Origin: Verrucomicrobiota bacterium
GTDB lineage: Bacteria > Verrucomicrobiota > Verrucomicrobiia > Limisphaerales > AAA164-E04
Reading direction: 5' to 3'
Length of the DNA: 64,000 nucleotides
Assembly (NCBI GenBank): GCA_047947115.1
Contig: CP170459.1
Location: 3,936,001-4,000,000, forward strand
In this document: positions 9,736 through 18,183 of the stretch, one piece after another
Position numbering within the stretch: the stretch's first letter is position 1
How the letters are laid out: each line of letters starts with the position of its first letter
Program-made: the position numbers and the translations under genes
The notes under the pieces: generated by a model
Told to the model about the DNA's origin: nothing
The model's database searches: none
Seen by the model: only the letters and a program-made list of their open reading frames with translations

Positions 9736-10725
9736 ATCAATCAGGTCCAACGCTGTCTTCGATAGTTGGAATTCCGTTCCCTTGCGGGATAGCAATCGTC
9801 GGCATTTGAAGGGATCATATAAATTCCCATTGACCTGAATGAGTTCTACATCCAGGGGTTCCGATTTGTTCCATACGGTTGGACTCAGTTGGTAAGGCAT
9901 TCCATATCCGTTGAAATGTACGATATATCCCGTTTTGCGTGCATCGTTCACTTCCGGGGCCTGAACAATGAGGGGTTTGTATCGTTTCGTCCAGGGGAAG
10001 GATTTCTTCGGAATGTAAACCGAAAAGTATGACTCTTGTCCCTGGATGTAATCCTTCAGACTGAAGTCTTCTCCTTTTCTGATTTGTTCCATGAAAATCT
10101 GCTCAGGATCCAGGCCGAGAAAGTTCCGGCCGTTCCAGGGACCGTGATCATTGGTTTGGCCTGGAGAGTTAATTTCAAACCATTCGGCGTAACCTTCATT
10201 GATGGCCAGAGTGATTTCAAAGTGAAGGTGGGCACGGAAACGCGCGATGTTTCCCGCATTGGAAGTGCGCCCCATGGTGCCAATGCGGGCTCCGGCTTCC
10301 ACTTTTCTGCCCGGCACCACGCCATCGGCAATCTCGCTCAAGTGCGCATAGATGCTGAATATTTCCAGCCCTTCTATCTGGTGCCCGATGATGATGTAAT
10401 TCCCGAAATTGGACAGTCCGGGTTGTTGGTTGGTATAGCAGACGGTTCCGCCGGCGGTCGCGAAAATGGGATCTGTCGGTTCACCGCTTTTGTCTTGTTG
10501 AGTGAACTTGATGTCGATGCCTTCGTGGAACTGCCAGCCGGATGTGCGGGTGCATCCGTAGCGGCCGGTTTCCCAATGCCCTGACTGGGTGGGGGCGAAA
10601 AACGATTCCGCAGCCGACGTCTGTCCGTCAAACAGGGTCAGGTTCGGTGTAGGCATGCGAAAAGCCGGTTGTGCGCTTATCTTGAGCGCGATATTCAATG
10701 CCATCAAGCAAAGCAATGTCCGCAT
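9712..10725 (-). CDS. M23 family metallopeptidase
   Basis: HEGID, GNYIII, YAHL, HLHFE zinc motifs; N-terminal signal peptide; 3' end overlaps dapE. Confidence 0.9.
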   Translation of the reverse strand: MRTLLCLMALNIALKISAQPAFRMPTPNLTLFDGQTSAAESFFAPTQSGHWETGRYGCTRTSGWQFHEGIDIKFTQQDKSGEPTDPIFATAGGTVCYTNQQPGLSNFGNYIIIGHQIEGLEIFSIYAHLSEIADGVVPGRKVEAGARIGTMGRTSNAGNIARFRAHLHFEITLAINEGYAEWFEINSPGQTNDHGPWNGRNFLGLDPEQIFMEQIRKGEDFSLKDYIQGQESYFSVYIPKKSFPWTKRYKPLIVQAPEVNDARKTGYIVHFNGYGMPYQLSPTVWNKSEPLDVELIQVNGNLYDPFKCRRLLSRKGTEFQLSKTALDLIDLLTFNGD

Positions 10726-10752
10726 AAGAAAAAACAAAAGGTATGACTGGTG

Positions 10753-11268
10753 CTAAAACACGTAGGGTTTGGCCAATTCCTCCGCAACATTGTTGATTCC
10801 TTCAACAATACGGTCTGCTTCTTCCCGGGTGGCATCCGGAGTGAAAACAAAGACGCCATCGTGCACCGTTCGATCAATGGTGGGAGCACCCAGCCATCGG
10901 GAATCATCAAAATTGGAATAAATGGCGATGCGGCGTCCGCGATTTTGAGTGGTGATGGACTGAAACCGTTTGGTACCTATTTCGTTGAACTGTATACGAA
11001 TACTGAATCCCCCGATAGCTTCCACCACACTGGCTTGTGCCACGTATCCCACATCGAGGAAAGCTTCTTTGGAGACGCAGACCTGCACGGGAGCTGCCCG
11101 ATAGATGGGGACGTAGCCGGTTCTGCCTGATTCATCGGGCGGCATTTCCAGATGAAAATTCATCAAGCTATATTTTTTGTCCTTTTTGCTGCCGGTGGAA
11201 CTGCATCCGATCGAAAGCAGCAAAAGTGCCGTGAAAATGATGTTGATTGATTTCCTCAGAGTATTCAT
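10753..11268 (-). CDS. Lipoprotein with stand-alone SecD/SecF periplasmic head-like domain
   Basis: Lipobox-like LSIGC; IQFNEIGTKRFQSITTQNRGRRIAI...APTI resembles the SecDF P1 head; start at MNTLRK (the track's N-terminal extension is spurious). Confidence 0.7.
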   Translation of the reverse strand: MNTLRKSINIIFTALLLLSIGCSSTGSKKDKKYSLMNFHLEMPPDESGRTGYVPIYRAAPVQVCVSKEAFLDVGYVAQASVVEAIGGFSIRIQFNEIGTKRFQSITTQNRGRRIAIYSNFDDSRWLGAPTIDRTVHDGVFVFTPDATREEADRIVEGINNVAEELAKPYVF

Positions 11269-11310
11269 AATCTCGATTTCTTGTTTCGAAACATCAAAAA
11301 CAATAAAACT

Positions 11311-11403
11311 ATGGGACAACAACTTAATAAAGTTCAAAAACGCAAACGCCGCAAGGCATACAACAAACGCAAGAAGGAACAGGCCAAAGAATCGGCCAAG
11401 TAA
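11311..11403 (+). CDS. Small highly basic protein, 30 aa (MGQQLNKVQKRKRRKAYNKRKKEQAKESAK)
   Basis: ATG preceded by an A-rich leader, TAA stop, followed by a hairpin and pyrimidine tract; below the ORF-track length cutoff. Confidence 0.7.
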   Translation: MGQQLNKVQKRKRRKAYNKRKKEQAKESAK

Positions 11404-11423
11404 ATCCAGCTTGTTCGCTTGAT

Positions 11424-11485
11424 CCATTCCGGCTGTGCAGCGCGTTTTGGCGCTGGTCAGCCGGGTGGCCTTTCTTCCTTTTCCC
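11424..11485 (+). terminator. Intrinsic terminator-like hairpin after the small basic ORF
   Basis: ccggctg-tg-cagcgc-gttttg-gcgctg-gt-cagccgg stem followed by a C/T tract. Confidence 0.55.
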
Positions 11486-11534
11486 TTCTTCCTTTTTCCC
11501 TTCTCCCTTATTCCGTTCCCCCTTATTCCGTTCC
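11472..11534. repeat. Short tandem pyrimidine-rich repeats (about 15-bp period)
   Basis: cccttattccgttcc at 11505-11519 and 11520-11534; ttcttcctttt(t)ccc twice just upstream. Confidence 0.7.
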
Positions 11535-12032
11535 CCATTCAAGATCCTTCCGCGTTACAATGCGTTGGATCAACCACTGACTGCGTTCTCCCTTGCGCCA
11601 GTGGAATTCCAGGATACGGACCATCGGGTCCGGAGAATTTCCCGTTTGTGCCGTTACAGTCGCGATGCATGTCATCGTTCCATCCCCGCTTGATTCAAAG
11701 ATGGGATCGGTGATGCGGACTTCCAGTCCCTGAGGTTCCTGTTGTCTGGCCGACAGCACAGCGGTTTTTATTTCATCCCGTCCATTCAGATTCCAGGTTC
11801 CAACATCGGTTCGTATATTTAATTCGGCCTTGGAATCAAACATTTCCTGAATGGAACCCGCCGCGGCCAAATGCGCCAGAGGTGAAGTGGATGGTCCATA
11901 AGAAACCAGAGACTCAAGTCTGGTCAACTTACGTTGAATGCGTGTGGTGTCATCCGGAAACAAGAATTGGAAAAATCTCCACCCCAACCAGAGGACAGCC
12001 AGGCAGACTGCGATACGAGTGATTGTTTTCAA
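11523..12032 (-). CDS. Membrane-anchored hypothetical protein, SnoaL/NTF2-like fold probable
   Basis: N-terminal TM helix, GRDEI motif and C-terminal W-x-I strand; overlaps the lepB stop. Confidence 0.65.
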   Translation of the reverse strand: MKTITRIAVCLAVLWLGWRFFQFLFPDDTTRIQRKLTRLESLVSYGPSTSPLAHLAAAGSIQEMFDSKAELNIRTDVGTWNLNGRDEIKTAVLSARQQEPQGLEVRITDPIFESSGDGTMTCIATVTAQTGNSPDPMVRILEFHWRKGERSQWLIQRIVTRKDLEWGTE

Positions 12033-12571
12033 AACAATATTTTACCGACCAATCTGGACAAATGAACTTTCCCGAACTCACTGATGGCCCTGTTGTCACC
12101 AATGGCCCAATATTCGTCCGGGCCCAGCAGGATTTCACGAGATCGCCAGCCGCCCTCCTGCCGGATGTATGCTTCTTCTTGTAGTTCACCGTTGATGAAC
12201 ACCTTGCCGTTTCGCATGCGGATGCGTTCACCGGGCAGGCCCAGCAGACGTTTCAACACCGTTACTTTTTCTCCGGTGGTCTTGATGACGACGATATCCC
12301 CACGTTGCGGGCGGGACCAGAGGTAGGACATACGATTGGCATAGTTGATCTGCCCGTCACGGTAGGTGGGAAACATGCTGTGTCCGGTGATGCGAATCGG
12401 GAGCAGCACCAGTTTGAACGTTACCACGGTCAAAGTGGCCAGACACACGATCCGGTACCATGTGCGTCCCGGGTAATGGCCTGCAGAACGCTTCCACCAA
12501 GGTTTGGAAGCAGGAGGAGGCACCCATGCGTCTAATTCACTGTCCGGGTTGTTTGGGGTTTCCGTGTTCAT
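12029..12571 (-). CDS. lepB: Signal peptidase I
   Basis: GHSMFPT catalytic Ser, RGDIVV, LKRLLGLPGE catalytic Lys, GDNR. Confidence 0.92.
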   Translation of the reverse strand: MNTETPNNPDSELDAWVPPPASKPWWKRSAGHYPGRTWYRIVCLATLTVVTFKLVLLPIRITGHSMFPTYRDGQINYANRMSYLWSRPQRGDIVVIKTTGEKVTVLKRLLGLPGERIRMRNGKVFINGELQEEAYIRQEGGWRSREILLGPDEYWAIGDNRAISEFGKVHLSRLVGKILF

Positions 12572-12667
12572 TCTGATAATGAGATCGATAAATGACTTCA
12601 ACTGTTCAAACTCCGCAAAACGAAACGGGTTGCGACTGTATTTCCATGCAACACGCAGATGTTGTCA

Positions 12668-13261
12668 TCAAACTTTCTCAGGGTCGTTGTTGGCGGGCAC
12701 GTACCAATGGAGCGCTTTGGGGGTGGATTGACAATGAAACACGCATAATCCGCACCCGACACAAGCGCTCTCATCCAATTCGGGAAAACGTTCGCCCATC
12801 GTGATTGCACGAATATCCGATGGGCAGTACATGACGCAGGTGTCACAATACATATCCTCCGCATTCAGGCATTGTTCCTGATTGAGCCATACTTTGCCGA
12901 TGGGAAGGACTTTGTTGTCGGCGGGCATGGAAAGAGCGTCGGAAGGGCAGGCATGGACGCAGTCCATCGTGCCGCACCAATGACATGGGTCCTGTGAGAG
13001 TTTAAGCACCGGTGTGCCTTCTCCATCACCCGCCAAAGGACCCAGGATATGAATGATGTCGAAAGGACAGGCATCGGCACAGGCGTGGCAGCGAGTGCAG
13101 GTTTCCAGGAAAGCAGTCTCCGAAGGGATAGCTCCAGGCGGCCGGATACGCACTTTTGGGGCGATTGCCTTGCCAATCTCTTTGGATGCTTCCCCCCAGG
13201 CAGATGCCATATCGCGAATGCGCAGCCTGAAAAGGTTTCTTCTGGAAAATTTCTCGCTCAT
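12668..13261 (-). CDS. MauM/NapG/NapF-type polyferredoxin (four 4Fe-4S clusters)
   Basis: RPPGA motif; CTRCHACADACP, CHWC..DCVHACP, C..CDTCVMYCP, CVGCGLCVFHC. Confidence 0.85.
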   Translation of the reverse strand: MSEKFSRRNLFRLRIRDMASAWGEASKEIGKAIAPKVRIRPPGAIPSETAFLETCTRCHACADACPFDIIHILGPLAGDGEGTPVLKLSQDPCHWCGTMDCVHACPSDALSMPADNKVLPIGKVWLNQEQCLNAEDMYCDTCVMYCPSDIRAITMGERFPELDESACVGCGLCVFHCQSTPKALHWYVPANNDPEKV

Positions 13262-13548
13262 GCCCGTTCCGGATCGGGCTGTCACCCGAACCTTGTTTTG
13301 TCAGCATACAGACGTGAAATCCAAAAAATCAAGTCAACGTCCCAACGCGTTGGCACTGATTGAGCAATTGGAGAGCCGCCACCCGATAAGCTTCGCTCAT
13401 GGTGGGAAAGCTCAATGTGTTTTCCTGGAAGAAACTGACTTCATTTCCGTTCAGCAAGGCGACTTCACCTACTAACCTGCGAGCGGGCTTGAATGAAACT
13501 GAGTTGGTAGCGATTTTTAACGAAATGAACTCCTGCGATATGGGGTGC

Positions 13549-13578
13549 TTGCCTTCTTCTGGTGCATACGATTATAGT
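13549..13578 (+). promoter_or_regulatory. Sigma70-like promoter of serS with a very short leader
   Basis: TTGCCT-N18-TATAGT, ATG 8 nt downstream. Confidence 0.5.
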
Positions 13579-13586
13579 TCGCGGAT

Positions 13587-14891
13587 ATGTTGGATATTCG
13601 CTGGATCAGGGAAAATAAGGAAGAAACTGAGAAACGATTGGCGTCCCGTCACGGGGGAGATGAAGCCAAGGTGGATCAGTTGCTCCAACTGGATCAGAAA
13701 CGTCGGGCCTTGCTGACGGAAGTTGAACAATTAAAATCAGATCGAAAGGCGGTTTCCAAGGAAATCGGCGCTTTGATCGGACAGAAGAAGCTGGAAGAAG
13801 CCGAAGCAAAGAAAGCGGCCACAAAGGAAATAGGTGATCGCATTGCGGAGCTTGATCAGCAAGCGAACCAAAGCACCGAGGAGCAGCAGGACATTCTGCT
13901 CACCTTGCCGAACCTCCCGCACGAAACGGTCCCCGCCGGAGTATCGGAAACCGATAATCCGGAAATCCGGCAGTGGGGTGAAAAAGTCTCCCATCCATTC
14001 CCACCCAAAACCCATGTTGAACTTTGCGAACAACTGGGGCTGATTGATTTTGCGCGAGGAGCGAAGCTGGCCGGAAGTGGCTTCCTGTTGTACACCGGAT
14101 GGGGCGCCAGGTTGGAACGGGCCTTGATTCAATTCCTGTTGGATCTGCATACCAAGGAACATGGATACACCGAGGTGTCGCCTCCCTTTGTGGTCAATCC
14201 GGATTGCATGACCGGAGTTGGACAGTTTCCAAAATTTTATGATCAAGCCTATGCGGTTCAGGAAGGACAGGATTCCTCCACATTGGGAAAATTGTATCTG
14301 ATCCCGACCGCTGAAGCCCCCGTCGCCAACATACACCGGGAAGAACTCCTCAGGGAAGACCAGTTGCCCATTTATTATTGTGCATACAGTCCATGTTTTC
14401 GGGCAGAAGCAGGCGCTGCCGGAGTGGGGACGCGCGGGATGATTCGGGTTCATCAGTTCGACAAGGTGGAAATGATTAAAATTGTTCCAGCCGACCAAGG
14501 CTATGCTGAACTGGATGCCATGGTTGGAAATGCAGAGAAAGTGTTACAACTACTGGATCTGCATTATCGCGTTATTTTACTCTGCACGGGGGATATGGGA
14601 TTTGCCAGTGCCAAAACTTTTGACATCGAAGTGTGGGCGCCCGGACAGGGGAGCTTTCTGGAGGTGTCGAGCTGTTCCAACTGCGAAGATTATCAAAGCA
14701 GGCGCATGAATCTTCGATACAAAAACAAGGACGGGAAAAACGTGTTCCCTCACTTGTTGAATGGCAGCGGAACCGCACTCGCACGTTTGTTTGTAGCCTT
14801 GATTGAGACACATCAACAGGAGGATGGATCCATTAGAATACCCAAACCACTCCAGCCATACCTGGGAGCGGATATCATTCCGGCTCCCTGA
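13587..14891 (+). CDS. serS: Serine--tRNA ligase
   Basis: MLDIRWIR start, coiled-coil arm, LIPTAE, FRAEAG, RVHQFDKVE, EVSSCSNC, LNGSG. Confidence 0.98.
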   Translation: MLDIRWIRENKEETEKRLASRHGGDEAKVDQLLQLDQKRRALLTEVEQLKSDRKAVSKEIGALIGQKKLEEAEAKKAATKEIGDRIAELDQQANQSTEEQQDILLTLPNLPHETVPAGVSETDNPEIRQWGEKVSHPFPPKTHVELCEQLGLIDFARGAKLAGSGFLLYTGWGARLERALIQFLLDLHTKEHGYTEVSPPFVVNPDCMTGVGQFPKFYDQAYAVQEGQDSSTLGKLYLIPTAEAPVANIHREELLREDQLPIYYCAYSPCFRAEAGAAGVGTRGMIRVHQFDKVEMIKIVPADQGYAELDAMVGNAEKVLQLLDLHYRVILLCTGDMGFASAKTFDIEVWAPGQGSFLEVSSCSNCEDYQSRRMNLRYKNKDGKNVFPHLLNGSGTALARLFVALIETHQQEDGSIRIPKPLQPYLGADIIPAP

Positions 14892-14946
14892 ACCAGAAAT
14901 CGGTCCAGACTTGTTTCCAAACCCAATCTACTTTTGACCAGATATC

Positions 14947-16404
14947 ATGAGAATCATGCAAGCCAGCGGGGAGTGCTTTCCCTATTCGAAAACGGGAGGA
15001 CTCGCCGATATGGTGGGAGCCCTGTCCAAAGCACTTGCAGCCAAAGGGAATGAAGTTCAGCTGGTGACGCCTCTGTATCGCGGGATTCTCGAGAAGTATC
15101 CGGATATCAGGCCTCTGGAATGGGACCTTGATTTGTCGCTGGGCGATCGGACGGTATCAGGCAGTGTTTATTGCCTGGATCCGGTTAAAAACCTGACCAT
15201 TTATTTCATCGATCAACCTGATTTTTTTCATCGACCGGGTATTTATGGGGAAAAAAGCGAGGATTACTCGGATAACGCAGAGCGGTATATGTTCTTTTCA
15301 AAGGCAGTGGTGAATCTGGCAAGATATCTTCCGGAGCCTCCTGACATCCTTCATGCCCATGACTGGCAGGCCGGGATGGTGCCTGTTTATGTTCAACACG
15401 AACATTTTCGTGGAGGATGGCACCCTGCTCCAAAGACCTGTTTCACCATCCATAACCTGGCCTACCAGGGGAATTTCCCTTCAACGGCCTTTGAATTGGC
15501 GAACTTGCCAGGTGATTACTTTTCTCCCCATGGTGTGGAATTCTATGGGCAACTGAGCTTTCTAAAGTCTGGACTTGTTTTCGCGGATCATCTGACGACC
15601 GTCAGCCCTCGTTATGCAAGGGAAATACTGACGGAAGAATATGCCTGCGGGATGGCTGGTGTAATCCAGGCGCGTGCGAAGCAGTTGACGGGTATTCTGA
15701 ACGGTGTTGATTATGAAGACTGGAATACCACGTCGAATCCTCATCTGGATTATCCCTATGATGCTGCGCATTTGGACGGCAAGGATCGCCAAAAGAAGAA
15801 GTTGTTGAAGCAAATGGGATTGCCATCCAACCGAAAAGCTCCGCTGCTGGGAGTGGTGGGGCGGTTGGTGGATCAGAAGGGTGGGGATTTGTTGTTGCCC
15901 GCTCTGCATGCCACGCTGGATCTGGGATATCAGTTTGTGCTGCTTGGAAGTGGTATGCCACACTATGAAGAAGGGTTTCAGCGTCTCGCCAAGGATTATC
16001 CGAAACAAGTCGCTGTCCAAATAGGGTATGACAATGCCTTGGCACACAAAATAGAGGCTGCCTCTGATTTTTTTCTCATGCCTTCCAAGTTTGAACCTTG
16101 CGGTTTGAACCAATTATACAGCCTTAAATATGGAACTATTCCGGTCGTGCGAGCAGTCGGCGGACTGGATGATTCGGTGGTTGGATTGGAAGAAGATCCT
16201 GCCAGTGCAGATGGTATCAAATTCAGCGAATACGGGGTCACCGCCCTTGAGAGCGCCATCCGCAAGGCGGTTGAAGTTTACCAGGATACTGTTTTGTTCA
16301 ATCAGCTCAGACAAAACGGCATGGCCAAAGATTTTTCCTGGGAACGTACCTCCGAGGAATACATGACTTTTTACCAAGGATTGCTGAATCCACAGCGCCA
16401 GTGA
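14947..16404 (+). CDS. glgA: Glycogen synthase
   Basis: KTGGLAD, HAHDWQ, TIHNLAYQG, GILNG, PSKFEPCGLNQ. Confidence 0.96.
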   Translation: MRIMQASGECFPYSKTGGLADMVGALSKALAAKGNEVQLVTPLYRGILEKYPDIRPLEWDLDLSLGDRTVSGSVYCLDPVKNLTIYFIDQPDFFHRPGIYGEKSEDYSDNAERYMFFSKAVVNLARYLPEPPDILHAHDWQAGMVPVYVQHEHFRGGWHPAPKTCFTIHNLAYQGNFPSTAFELANLPGDYFSPHGVEFYGQLSFLKSGLVFADHLTTVSPRYAREILTEEYACGMAGVIQARAKQLTGILNGVDYEDWNTTSNPHLDYPYDAAHLDGKDRQKKKLLKQMGLPSNRKAPLLGVVGRLVDQKGGDLLLPALHATLDLGYQFVLLGSGMPHYEEGFQRLAKDYPKQVAVQIGYDNALAHKIEAASDFFLMPSKFEPCGLNQLYSLKYGTIPVVRAVGGLDDSVVGLEEDPASADGIKFSEYGVTALESAIRKAVEVYQDTVLFNQLRQNGMAKDFSWERTSEEYMTFYQGLLNPQRQ

Positions 16405-16444
16405 TGGGGCTAATCACACGCAGCGCCAAAGGTTGGGAACAGTC

Positions 16445-17038
16445 CTAGATGTTCTGCTCCTCAACTTGTGCCGGGGCAGGGGGTGGGACCTTGTGATCCA
16501 ATTGGGGAGGGGGTTGCATTCCTGGTAATGGCCCGCCTTCCGGGCCTTGATCGGGGCCTCTTAACGGTGGATGAGGACCGTCCCCTCTGGGGCGTTGGTG
16601 GTTCGGATCCTGACCGCGATTTCCGCGTCCACGTCCTGGGCCGCCAAAACCGCCCCTTCCTCCCTGACGACGCCTTTCCATGATACTTTCAAATTGGTTT
16701 TTTTGTTCGTCGGTAAGCAGCTCCTTGATTTCGCCGTTCACTCGTGAGAACTCTTCGCGAATGGGGTCCTGCATTTCCTTCATCAGAACGTCCATGCGTT
16801 CCTGGCCTGTTTGCAATATCTGCGTGATATTCGTTCGCTGCTGATCAGAAAGATTGAGTTCATTTCCAAAGCGTTGAATAAAATCATGCATCCGAGGCCC
16901 TCGCGGAGAGGAAGGATCCCGCCGGGTTTCCCCATTGCGACGGGGTGATTCGCGCAAATCAGTCAAATAGGTTCCAGTGACAAGTCCGGCAATATAAATG
17001 ACCAGAGTCGCGACGATGATTTTCCAAGAAGTAACCAT
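16445..17038 (-). CDS. Periplasmic Spy/CpxP-like helical protein with G/P-rich tail
   Basis: TM anchor, LNLSDQQ and LTDEQ (LTxxQ-like) motifs; third gene of the ECF cluster. Confidence 0.6.
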   Translation of the reverse strand: MVTSWKIIVATLVIYIAGLVTGTYLTDLRESPRRNGETRRDPSSPRGPRMHDFIQRFGNELNLSDQQRTNITQILQTGQERMDVLMKEMQDPIREEFSRVNGEIKELLTDEQKNQFESIMERRRQGGRGGFGGPGRGRGNRGQDPNHQRPRGDGPHPPLRGPDQGPEGGPLPGMQPPPQLDHKVPPPAPAQVEEQNI

Positions 17039-17039
17039 C

Positions 17040-17351
17040 TTACCAAGTTTCTTCCAATGCTTGAAGCGGTTGCGTCATAGTCAGTTCCAACTCCACGGCC
17101 AGTGAATTTTCAGACGTACTTTCCGCAGAGGTCGACAGGGTCGCCCAGGTGGTGATCAGGAGCATGACGGCAACACAAGGAACGGCGGCTTTCCACAGCC
17201 CCAAGGCCCAGAGCGTGACGTTGTCAACGGGCTTCATCTGACGCAAATGCGCCATGACACGCTTTTCGAAGGCATAGGGGACCTGCTCTTCCTCCGGCAG
17301 CCGACGTGCGGCTCGGATAAGTCGATCATACATGTCTCTTCGTTTTTTCAT
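17040..17351 (-). CDS. Putative anti-sigma factor membrane protein
   Basis: Directly downstream of the ECF sigma; PYAFEKRVMA plus one TM helix. Confidence 0.6.
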   Translation of the reverse strand: MKKRRDMYDRLIRAARRLPEEEQVPYAFEKRVMAHLRQMKPVDNVTLWALGLWKAAVPCVAVMLLITTWATLSTSAESTSENSLAVELELTMTQPLQALEETW

Positions 17352-17405
17352 TTTCTTTCGGGTGTTAGATTTGTTTGAGTTGAAAATAATCCCTCGGTTC
17401 GGTCC

Positions 17406-17984
17406 TTATAAATATTGCTCCTGGTTCATATTCTCCAGTATCTTGCGCATTTCTTTGCGGGCCCTGAAAGCCCTTACTTTCACCAAGGATAAAGACCATC
17501 CGGTCAGTTTTGCAATTTCTTTGACGGATCGACCTTCGATGTCCAACAGTGTGATCACCATCCTGGCGGCCGGACTCAGCTGTTCCATAAGATCGTGTAC
17601 CAGCTGGGCAACGGCTTCCTGATTTTCCCGATCCGGATGCTCGCTTTCTCCAAACACATCCAACAAATCAAATTCATCCTGGGTCACATCCGAGAAATTA
17701 CTGATTTTGTTGCGTTGATGGCTTCGAAGGTAGTCGTAACAGGTGCGAACACTGATTGTCATGATCCAGTGCTCAAACGGTGCCTCACTGCGATATGTAC
17801 TCAGTTTTTTGTATGCCTTGATGAAAATTTCCTGAACGATGTCCTCCACCTCACTGTCTCGGCGGGCATACTTGCGGGCCGTTGCGAATACACGTGCTTG
17901 ATACTTCGCAATCAACTGCTCAAACGCTCCGGTGTCCCCAGCGAGGACTTCCTGAATGATATCCTGCTCTTCCGAGCGATCCAT
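17406..17984 (-). CDS. ECF RNA polymerase sigma factor
   Basis: GDTGAFEQLI, EDIVQEIFIKAY (region 2), SVKEIA...VKVRAFRAR (region 4). Confidence 0.93.
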   Translation of the reverse strand: MDRSEEQDIIQEVLAGDTGAFEQLIAKYQARVFATARKYARRDSEVEDIVQEIFIKAYKKLSTYRSEAPFEHWIMTISVRTCYDYLRSHQRNKISNFSDVTQDEFDLLDVFGESEHPDRENQEAVAQLVHDLMEQLSPAARMVITLLDIEGRSVKEIAKLTGWSLSLVKVRAFRARKEMRKILENMNQEQYL

Positions 17985-18183
17985 GGGGGTATTCTGGATC
18001 AAACCCACAAGGAAGCCTTTCGATAAAAATATGTTCTCAGCAACCAACACACCGCGCCTTTTTCAAAACATTTCGCATCAACATGAAGTCGGTACCCTTT
18101 CCTGGTCATGGCACCCATGTTTCTCCATTCCTTCAACCAGACGAGTGTTCCGGCAAGGTGGTTACACGAAGAGTTCAGAAACT

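Noticed and set aside
13290..13548. T-box or other riboswitch upstream of serS or the ferredoxin gene
   Set aside because: Some pairing is possible (ttgagc/gctcaa, ccacc/ggtgg) but there is no T-box or other recognisable consensus, and the serS promoter appears to lie downstream
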